From Mobula hypostoma (lineage: Eukaryota), in the NCBI RefSeq assembly GCF_963921235.1, contig NC_086097.1:68574001-68638000 (forward strand): a DNA stretch of 64,000 nucleotides. Reading direction: 5' to 3'. Made by a program: the position numbers and the translations under genes. Positions 54,110 through 64,000 of this stretch are shown here, in pieces (positions within the stretch are counted from its first letter, which is position 1; each line of letters opens with the position of its first letter). The notes beneath the pieces are model-generated. The model was given only the letters and a program-made list of their open reading frames with translations, was not told where the DNA came from and ran no database searches.

Positions 54110-54655
54110 CCTCAGTGAGGCTCTTGGGGACATTCAGTCCACAGCCTCCTCTACTGTAAAGATGAAGCCACACTCAGGTTGGAGGAACAACACCTTATGT
54201 TCCATCTGGGTAGCCTCCAACCTGATGGCATGAACAGTGACTTCTCAAACTTCTGCTAATGCCTCACCTCCCCCTCGTACCCCATCCATTATTTATTTAT
54301 ATACATACATTCTTTTTCTCTCTCTCTCCTTTTTCTCCCTCTGTCCCTCTCACTATACCCCTTGCCCATCCTCCTTTTCTTTCTCCCTGGGCCTCCTGTC
54401 CCATAATCCTCTCATATCCCTTTTGCCAATCAACTGTCCAGCTCTTGGCTTCATCCCTCCCCATCTTGTCTTCTCCTATCATTTTGGATCAGCCCTCCCC
54501 CTCCCACTTTTAAATCTCTTACTAGCTCTTCTTTCAATTAGTCCTGACGAAGGGTCTGGGCCCGAAACATCAACTGTACCTCTTCCTAGAGATGCTGCCT
54601 GGCCTGCTGCGTTCACCAGCAACTTTTATGTGTGTTGCTTGAATCTGCAGAATTC
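54110..54655 (+). mobile_element. Penelope 3' end (GIY-YIG C-terminus, pyrimidine-rich UTR, terminal repeat)
   Basis: LEEQHLMFHLGSLQPDGMN matches the C-terminal motif of the Penelope endonuclease. Confidence 0.85.
54539..54576 (+). ncRNA. Minimal type I hammerhead ribozyme core (CpG-decayed)
   Basis: tagtc-CTGACGA-aGGGTCtgGGCCC-GAAAC-ATC-aactg. The better-preserved right half at ~41963-41976 (minus) reads GAAAC-GTC-GACTG. Confidence 0.65.
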
Positions 54656-55619
54656 CTCACCATTTTTTTTGTTTTTTTTTCCCATGTTACTTTGATTGTA
54701 ACTCAAAGACTGGCTAAGAGTGGGTTCCAGTTCATGACACACTGGTACTAGTACTGAGGAATGTGAAACCTGCTCCATCTACATCTGAAGCATGCTTAGG
54801 ACCAGCATTCAAGCAAACTGCTTAACTCAGGACACACGGGATTTTTAAATATTGGGAAAGGGCTCGAAGTTGTGATAAATCAATAAATCAAGATAAAAAT
54901 ATAAAGAAATTTTCTAATATGGAAAATAGTAAACAGACTGTCACATAAAAGGATACACAATACAAACCTAAGACTAACTCAGTTCATCAAGCTGAAGATT
55001 ATAACAAGAAAACAAGAATACAACTAAAGACCCTGTATCCAAATGTATTTGGCATTTGAAGCATAACAGATGAACTGACAGCACAAAAAGAAGTAAATAA
55101 ATATGATCTGATAGACATTACAGAGGAATGGTTCCAGGTCAACAGAGCTTATGACCTGAATATTTAATGGTCCATGACATTTAAGAAGGACAAGAAGAAT
55201 AGTGGCTCTGTTAATGATCATCTTGGAGCAATACAGAGGGATTACCTAAATTCAAAAAATCAGAAAAGGTTTTAAAAGAGATATAAAATAATAAAGACAA
55301 TAAATTATCTTCCATACTTCTGCTTATCAAGAATCCATCCAATCCTGTCTTAGACACGTTCAAAGACTCTGCTTCCACTGCGTTTTAAGGGAGAGCTGCA
55401 AGGACTCAAAAGCAATGTAACACTTCTATATTTAATGTATCATGAGAAATTTGGACCAAAGAAATTGTGTTACTTCCGGTCCCGGCCCACATATTACCAC
55501 CTTTCACTACAGTAGTACAGTGTTAGCTAGTATGATTCCCATTCTCTAATCATATAGTCACCCAATTCCTATGAATTAGGGTATGGTGTTTAATGGGGTA
55601 AAGTTCAGAATCTGCTCTT

Positions 55620-57555
55620 TTAAATGGTCTCAACCATATTTCTCTAGTCCATGGCCCAAACGAGTTATTACTGCACCACTTTATGGACCTTCAGGCAGAA
55701 AGTCCGGTTTTGCCTGGGCTATAATGATGTGATAACTTTCCCCTTTATTGATCACAGTGCCTGATGTTGGACTTGAACAAAAGGCAACTGACCATGGTTG
55801 TTAATCCATAATGAAAACGGCAGAAACAAACCAAATGAAAAAGAAGTGTAGACAGTATAGTATGGAGTATCCGAAATATGGATATATACCAGCAGTAAGC
55901 AAACAACAGCAGCCAATGTGTCTATTGTGTGAAAAAGATTCTTTTCAAATGAGGCAATGAAAGCATCCAGGCTCCTTGAATATTTGAAGAGAATACACAC
56001 TGATAGGGCAAAGAACTTGGCTTATTTTCAGTCACTTCATGAAAACTTTCAGAAATGGAAAACACTTCAAAACATGTTTGCCAGCACTTCACAATAAAAC
56101 AGTGATGACTTGTATGCTTCATATATTTCATTGCTCATTTCTGAATCTGGAAAACCCCATCCAATTGGAGCAGAACTGATTCTGCCAGCAGTAAGGAAGG
56201 TTCTGAGTATGGTTTTACCCAAGTCACCAGACCACATAATTAAAGTGACTCTGCTCAGCGACAATTCCTTTCCATAAATAGATGAAACGTCTGAGAATGT
56301 AGAAGACACATTGTGCAACATAGTTAAGACAGCAGAATTTGCTCTGCAGTTAGATAAGTTAACTTTGCTAGGTAACGGATCTTTATTTCTTAGTTATATT
56401 TGCTTCATAAAGATGAAAACATGGTTCAAGAGGTGTTATTTGATAGGGAACTAGATACAGATATGAAGGGGTGTCAATATTTTGGTTTGCTGAGCAGTTT
56501 TGCAAAGATGAATCTGAGATACTTTTATGTGCTTTAAGATACTGTGATAACTTCTTTTGAAAACTCAAATGGTTCGTTCAGTAATCATCTCAAGAATATT
56601 AGACATGACAATGCTTGTCAGAATTATCCACAAAGTTTATGAAATCAATTTTCAATTGCAAGGAAATTATGTAAATCTTATCAAAATCAAATCAGTTGTC
56701 TCCACATTTCTGTCCAGGTTAACCCTATTTAAGTGCAACATTGGCTGCCATGGCCTTTTCCAATTTCCAATCCTGTCTGAGTTAGAAGGGAAAGAATAAA
56801 TAGCAGACGATAATCTTCAAGTATACTGTCCCCACCTGGATGTCAGAGAGATTTCAGGATCATTACTCAATCCAAATTCCAGATTGGGTAATAAATTCAT
56901 TTCTAAACACTTGCAATGAAGAATTAACAGGAAGGATGGAGGAAGAACTAATCTCACTACAAAATGACTTTGAGCTGAAGCTAAGGTTAAAAAAAATTAT
57001 ATCAAGGCTTTTGGTTGCAGAAAGTAATCTCTGAATGTTATCCTGCTCTGTGGAAGAAGGTCAAGATGTTCTTTATTGCCGTTCCAACATCATATTTAGT
57101 GGAGTGTGGTTTCAGTGCAGTCACCCAACTTCTTTCAAAGCAGAGAAGCAAACTGCAGTAGGGAATATGGGGAACTGAGACTCCTTCTGAGTGACATTCA
57201 ACCTGATGCTGAGAAGCTGATATCAGTGCACCAAGCCCATCCATCTCAATGAAAGGCGAAAAAACAATGAAGTATTAAATAGCTGGACTACTAACGTATA
57301 CTTTAAAATTGTTGATGAAAATTGTTTTTACTGTAATTAAAGAAATAATTTTATTTGTAGCTTTAAATAGATTTGAATAATTTTTGCAACTAGTTGTCAT
57401 TGCTTTCAATTTGCAGTTCCTATTTTCTTTCACTGTGCTTCACAAAGCAAAATCCTTTAGTTTTTATGTAATGGCCAGAAAGGGAGAGGGGGACACTGTA
57501 GTATGTGGTCTGGGAACCCAGGAGGCAGTAACTCAAAAAGATTTGGAAACGACTG
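55620..57555 (+). mobile_element. hAT-Charlie/Buster transposon, degraded transposase
   Basis: KKKCRQYSMEYPKYG..PMCLLCEK (BED finger); IAVPTSYLVECGFSAV (hAT C-terminus); 3' end ..ttggaaacgactg. Confidence 0.85.
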
Positions 57556-57575
57556 ATATAAAGGATACCTATATA

Positions 57576-59169
57576 CAGTGCCTTGAAAAAGTATTCAGCC
57601 TCTACAATAATTTTCACATGTTACTGTCTCATTTTCTACATTTGAAATATTAAGCTAATTTACAAATATTGGTCATCATGTCAAATCAAAAGAAAAATTC
57701 CAAAAGCTATCAATGATTTACCAAAAAATTAAAAACCAAAATTCTAAGGCTGAAAAAGTATTCATCCCCTTTGTAATTACTACGCTAACTTTCCTCAGGT
57801 GCAATACATTACCTTACTAACTGACCCAATTTGTTGCTGCAGAAACTTGGAGGACCACCTTTTTTCAATGAGTTCATAAGAATAAATACCCCTGTCTCTG
57901 TAAGGTCCAACAGTATAGTAGATTTTTGAAAGACAAAGCCAAAATGAAGACAAAAGTGCATTCAAGACAAGTCAGGGAAATGATAACAGAGAAGCACAAA
58001 TCTGGGGAAGGATGCAAGACCATCTCAAAGGCACTGAACATACCTCAGAGCTCAAAGCAGTCCACTGTGAAAAAGAGGAAAAAATATGAAACCACAGCTA
58101 CATTGTCTTGGGCAGGTCATCCCACTAAACTTAGTTGCCAGAGGAGAATAGCACTTCTAAGAGAGGCTACTGTGCTGAGAAGTCACTCTGAGTAAGTTGC
58201 AGAAGTCAGTGACTGCAATTGGAGATGAATTTGATGGCTCCAAAATCTCTAAGGCCTTGCACAAAAAGGGTATTTACAGAAGAGTGGCAAGGAAGAAGCC
58301 CAGACTGAAAAAAAAAAACACATCTTTGCTTGTAAAGACTTTGCAAAGCATCACTTAGAAGATACTGGAAAGATGTGGAAGGAGGTCTTGAGGTCAAATG
58401 TGAATAAAGGTGGAAGTTTTTGACCTGAACACCAAGTGGTACATGTGGCATAAATCTAATACTGCGCATCAGCCAGGTAACACCATCTCTACTGTCAAGT
58501 ATGGTGGAGGCTGCATCATGCTTTGGGGATCCTTTTCAGGGACTGCAAATCTGGTCAGGACTGATGGGAAGATGAAAGCTGCTAAATACACATATCCTGG
58601 ATAAAAACCTACCAGACTCTGCCAGAAAGCTTAAACTGGGGAGGAAGTTTGTGTTCAGTAGGACAACAATCCAAAGCACACGACCAAAGCAATCATGCAA
58701 TGGCTTCAAATGAAGAAAGTTGATGTCCTTGAGTTGACCGGTAAGACTCCTAACCTTAACCTAATCGAACCTCTCTGGAAAGACCTTAAGATCGTTGTCC
58801 ACCGCTGCTCCTCAACTAATCTGGCACAACTTGAGCAAATTTGCAAGGAGGAATGGATAAATCTTGCTCCATCACATTGTACACATTAACACAGACTTAT
58901 CCAAAAAGACTACTGGCTGTAATAGCTGTGCGGGGTGATTCAACTAAGTACTGAGCAAAGGCAGCTGAATACTTTTCAACTGCTGACTTTTCAGTTTTTG
59001 AATTTTTAGTTTTTCATGCTTCACAATTTTCCCTGTTTTTTCTTTTGGGCCATGCAAAAAGGAGCATGTGATTCACAAGTAAAAATTCTCAGTTGAATTG
59101 ATCAAAATCACTGGTTGTAATACTCATTTATGTGAACAAAGTGGGGCTGAATACTTTGACAAGGGACTG
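57576..59169 (+). mobile_element. Full-length but inactive Tc1 transposon
   Basis: TIRs CAGTGCCTTGAAAAAGTATTCAGCC/GGCTGAATACTTTGACAAGGGACTG. KYGGGCIMLWG, DNNPKH, PNLNLIEPLW motifs with frameshifts. Confidence 0.92.
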
Positions 59170-59619
59170 TGTGTAAAAGACACGATCAGTATCAATGGAA
59201 CATCCTCTACTTATTTAGATAAACAACAGAAAATAATGACTTCAAATGGGTTACAGACGCCTGAGCACAAACTGATTGACAAGACTGGATTTAAATTCTC
59301 ATAATTTATCATACACTGTTTTAAAAATAAAATGTTTCACAATTTTAATTTTTCTCTAATATTGTTAATTATATTGGAAAGTATACATAAAATCAAGTAC
59401 TGACAGCTGGAGTGGAGGCTTTCTTGCCCCATTATTCAGAAGGATGAAAAAAGGCTCTCAAATCTGATGTTTTTAATATTTCAAGAAGGACAGCAATGCA
59501 TGGATAGTGGAGTCCGAAAACCTTTTAACTTTCTTTTTCTCTGCATTTCTTTTTGGTGAATGTGGCTATTGTTCTAATCTAGACCCTTGAATTCCTTCTC
59601 ATAACCTACTTGAATTAAC

Positions 59620-60325
59620 TGTACAAATGAAAGGAATTGATTGTGGACTTCAGGAAAGAAACTCCGGCGAACACACACCAATTTTCATTGATGAGTCAGC
59701 AGTGGAAGTCGTGAGCAGCTGAAAGTTCCCGGGTGTCAACATCGCAGAGATCTATCCTGGCCCAACACACTGATATAATCACAAAAGCAGCAAGTCAGCA
59801 GCTATACTTCATTAGCAATCTGAGAAGATTTGGTATGTCACCAAAACTTCTACAGATACTGTATACTGTGGAGAACATTCTGACTGGTTGCATATGGCCT
59901 GGTACAGAGGCTCTAAAGCACAGGATTGAAAGGGGCTGCAGAAGGTTGTAGACTCAGCCAGCTCCATTGTTGAAATGAGCCACTCACCATTGAGGACATC
60001 TTCAAAGGGCTGTGCCTCAAGAAGGCGGCATCCATCATTAAACCCACACCGTCCAGGACATGTCCTCTTCTCATTACTATCATCAGCGAGGAGGTACAGG
60101 AGCTTGAAAAAACACTTTCAATGCTTTAAGAACAGCTTCTTCCCCTCTGCCAACAGATTTCTGAATAGTCCATGAATGTATGAAAACTAACTCATTATTT
60201 ATCTTTCACACTATTTATTTTTATTTTATAACTTATAGCAATTTTCTTTGTCTCGCATCGACAAAACAACAATTTTCACGACATATATCAGTGAAAATAA
60301 ACCATATTCTGAATCCTGATTCCAA
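59620..60325 (+). mobile_element. Rex1-type LINE 3' fragment
   Basis: QQLYFISNLRRFGMS; FKNSFFPSANRFLN. Confidence 0.8.
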
Positions 60326-60971
60326 CTATAAGCTATATTTACTTGCAAATTCTAGTGGAATTTAGAAATGTTTCCTTTGCAAGAAATGCAGTGATTGGAT
60401 GAGGATACACTACAAAGGGAATTCGAGTTGGAATCCTTATCATAGGAAATATATTTTCTGTCTTATAAAAAAAAGTAACAATAAATGCATGTTTGTAATT
60501 TACATTGCTGCTTTGAGTAACCTGCTAATCTCTGAGCATGCGTTATACTTGACATCCTAATCACAACAACTAAGTATGACTTCTCTGTGGTTATAAGGTC
60601 TTTGAAATTATTTCAGTGTGCTGAAGCATGAATTTGAGAACTTTTCTGTTAAGATTTGACTAGAACAATACTTTTATTCTTTTATTATGTGAGATTGGGC
60701 AAGATTTATCTTTACGGATATCAAAACAGTCATTGTTCATTGAAGAAATAAGGTTAATTAACTTTTGTTTTTTTTTTAAAAAGTTATCAACCAATGAAAC
60801 CACATTCAGAGTTTGCAATGGTGATACTCTGACCCCACATTATTCAGATGTTCAGATAATAACCAGTGGATGTGGAACCTCATGCAATTGCCTAATTGAT
60901 GGACAAAGCAAACACATTTTAAATAACATTTATATGGACTGATTTGGGTTCTATTGTTCTACTTTTCACAG

Positions 60972-61061
60972 AAGATGGAAGAAAGATAGAAATGCAGAAA
61001 CAAGCTCAGTTAAGAAATAAAGCAGACACACAAACCTCCCGGCCTTTGTCATCCAAACAAG
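60972..61061 (+). other. Candidate 90-nt internal exon of an unidentified plus-strand gene
   Basis: ttctacttttcacag acceptor, AAG|gtaata donor, open phase 1-1 frame (E)DGRKIEMQKQAQLRNKADTQTSRPLSSKQ. Confidence 0.4.
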
Positions 61062-61392
61062 GTAATATCCAGTTTTTTCCCCTTCAAATTATTTATAACT
61101 AGTAGTGTCTCAGCAATTAACTGACATAACAGACCAAGAACTAAGCTGCAAATTGTAACTATAGGGATTTTGGTATGCAGTTTACTAAATTTGGCAGTGC
61201 TAATATGTATTAAGGTTGTTGTTGCATGACAGCAAGAAAATAAGATTTAGTGCTTACCATTTGAACCATGCTGTAGAAAACTGATTTACTCAAAACCTGT
61301 ACATTTTAGCCAAGGTCAACATTTCTAAATATGAATTTAGCAAACGACAGGCTTGCAATTTGCGCACAAGAAGTTGAAGTGATATTTATTTT

Positions 61393-62248
61393 TGTTACGA
61401 GAATACACATAAAATTAAGATGTTTGCTGGCCTGGGCTAGCATCAGTGGCATCAGCAGTTGGTCTGCCACCTGCCCTCAGGGGAAGGAGAGATAAGGAAC
61501 AATGGAGCAGCGTCTGGAGATGTGTAATGAAGGGATGTGGGAGGAAGAGCTGTCTGGAGCGGCTCCCCCCTTTGAACCCTGAACTGTTTGAAGTGATGGA
61601 CAGGCGATACCCCAGCAGGGGGATAAAAAGGGACAGGTTCGCTAAGACGAGCACACACGCCACCCGAGGTAACGAGACCCTGGAAGCGGTGCGCTTCTCA
61701 CGAGTGGGTGAGAAGTCCCAGACAACGACAAGGGTGGAAAGGTACGATCAGCGGGAACCCGGTGTGTGTCCGCCCTTGCCTGGGTGCCGGGTTCACTGCA
61801 GAGGATCGACCGCATCTGGAGGAGGGGTCACAGTCGGTGACCTCAGGTGACATCACCAAGGACCTGCCCAAAAGCTGGTTGTGAGCCATCCCGCTGGTCT
61901 GTGAGTGAAGCTGTGCTGAATGATGAGTTGTTCTCTCTGTCTCTCTTCCCCCACCTTGTCCATCGCCATGGCAACGATTACTGCGAACTGAACTACTAAA
62001 CTGGACTGAACTTTGAGTCATTTTGAAATTGGTCATTTACCCCTAGACAACGATAGAGCTTGATTGATGCTGTTATCTTAATTCTGTGCACATGTGTGGT
62101 TATCATTGTTGAATTGTTGCATTTATTATCCTTTCGATTACTGTGTTGCTTGTTTCTTTAATAAAACTTTCTTAGTTCTAGTACTCCAGACTCCAACTGA
62201 GTGATCCATTTCTGCTGGTTTGGCAACCCAGTTACGGGGTACGTAACA
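61393..62248 (+). mobile_element. Solo LTR (Gypsy-like), well preserved
   Basis: Inverted termini TGTTACG...CGTAACA, TTTT TSD, AATAAA at ~62160, CpG-rich interior. Confidence 0.9.
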
Positions 62249-63625
62249 TTTTAAACAAAGGAGAACCCTTGGTAAGGAGAAGTTTCTCTTAACTCTTTTG
62301 ACAAATAACTTTTCAGGATAAGAAATACTGTATAACCAGTACAGTTGTTAGATTATAAATTGTAATTCCCGTCTTTCTGTTCTTACTTAATCCTTCTCTA
62401 AGAAGGTGTTAATCCCTAGATTTGCCAATTTCTTTTTTGAGTAGCTCACAGGATTTGATTCCTTGAATACATAAAATCAGTAAGAATTAAACACGTAGCT
62501 TAAAAATACTGTATTCAAACTTGCCCCTCACATTTCTTTTTGCAGTTGTTTACTAGGTAAATTATGAGCAACACAACATTCTGATCTGGTAACCTATTAA
62601 GAGATATTTTACAGTAAATATAATGTGCAATCTTTAAGGTATAGGTAATTGTGTTCCAAAATCTAAAAATCTTTATAAAAACATTCATCACTGCATTCAT
62701 TGTATGCAATGAATATAGATAAATTATCAAAATTATTTCCATCATACGCATAAAATTAACTCATTAGATTTTTAAAAAGTAACATTTTATTTTTCTTTAG
62801 CTTGTAATAAGATAATTAATTCCAACCTTTTTCATATTAGATTTATTTAGCTAACACTAAAAAATAACAAGTCTGAAGCAAAAAACATTTCATAATAAAA
62901 AAGAACAGTGGTGATGAACTTTTTCATTTTTTGGAGTGAATGAGGCATGTGTTTGAACTAGAAATTTAGGCCAAGTAGTGCCATTTGTACTGATGTACTG
63001 TAACTCATTAGTTGGACACTTCTCTCTCAAACTGCCCTGCAGTGCTTAAAATAAGTTATGAATGCTGCACTGTTCATTTGTCGAAAGACTTGCCTAGAGG
63101 AAAGCTGCATGCATGGGCCTTTTCAATTGAGAACATGCCAGTCAAGAATGAAGACATCTTTTCATAAACCCTGCTTTACATTTGTTTTCCACTGGGCAGC
63201 ATATCAAACATTTTATTTTTGCATTTGATTTCTATGCAACACCATTCCATTGTACTTTAACAATTATATTCCTTTATAAGACATTTAAAAACAACTTTGT
63301 TTTAATGTGTTATTTTGTGAAATTATTATGGCACAATTTAAAAAAGGTACTGTATATTATGAAAATATATTTTGCATTCCATCAATTTTAAACAGTACCC
63401 CAAAATATTAGTGTAAAGCAAAACCAACACTTTCAAAAGATTGTATAATAAACCACAATTTGTCAAGTAACTTTTGTCCCACTTTATTTGGGAAAAAAAG
63501 ACATGGATTTGTTTTGTAGAACAAGAAAAGCCTAGCAAGTAATGTTCAACAAAGGATGGAGATCACCCAATGACATCACATATAAATTGTTGCCAGCTTT
63601 GCTATATTTAATTGTTGTGATAAAT

Positions 63626-63940
63626 GGAAACATAGAAACATAGAAAACCTACAGCATAATACAGGCCCTTCAGCCCACAAAGTTGTGCTGAACATGTCCC
63701 TACCTTAGAAATTACTAGACTTCCCCATAGCCTTCTATTTTTCTAAGCTCCATGTACCTATCCAAAAGTCTCTTAAAAGACCCTATCATATCCGCCTCCA
63801 CCACCGTTGCCGGCAGCCAATTCCATGCACTCACTACTCAATGAGTAAAAAACTTACCCCTGACATCTTCTCTGTACCTACTCCCCGACACCTTAAACCT
63901 GTGTCCTCTTGTGGCAACCATTTCAGCCATGGGAAAAAGA
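63626..63940 (-). mobile_element. CR1 3' end
   Basis: (gaaacata)n tail; closely resembles 41340-41660. Confidence 0.85.
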
Positions 63941-64000
63941 TCACTGAATTATAGGAAAGATGTCAACAAAATAGAGAGAGTACAGAGAAGATATACTAGA

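Noticed and set aside
55790..57250. Domesticated ZBED/Buster-type gene
   Set aside because: The transposase has many stops, frameshifts and deletions.
1..64000. CRISPR arrays, rRNA, prokaryotic operons
   Set aside because: No repeat-spacer arrays or rRNA-like sequence; the window is eukaryotic.

Overview
Vertebrate nuclear DNA, AT-rich and transposon-dense. The repeat families (esterase-ORF1 CR1 LINEs, Rex1/Babar LINEs, Penelope termini, tRNA-derived SINEs, Tc1, hAT-Charlie, Gypsy-type solo LTRs, an ERV pol remnant) suggest a cartilaginous fish, probably a ray (inference). No intact host gene is visible. The main result: about 15 non-repeat segments on the minus strand, from ~51.3 kb down to ~4.1 kb, translate through many stops and frameshifts into peptides that match the N-terminal ~45% of LYST (lysosomal trafficking regulator, BEACH family) in the correct order. 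Identity is low and the exon layout looks different from human LYST, so this looks like a decayed, spliced, divergent LYST paralog rather than the orthologue. It should continue beyond the left edge of the window. The LYST comparisons were made by eye against the human protein as I recall it and need confirming by alignment. Other observations: minimal hammerhead-ribozyme cores and fold-back hairpins in Penelope termini, a multi-level nest of retroelements, an ERV remnant inside the gap that splits the large LYST-like exon, and one clean plus-strand exon candidate at 61 kb.
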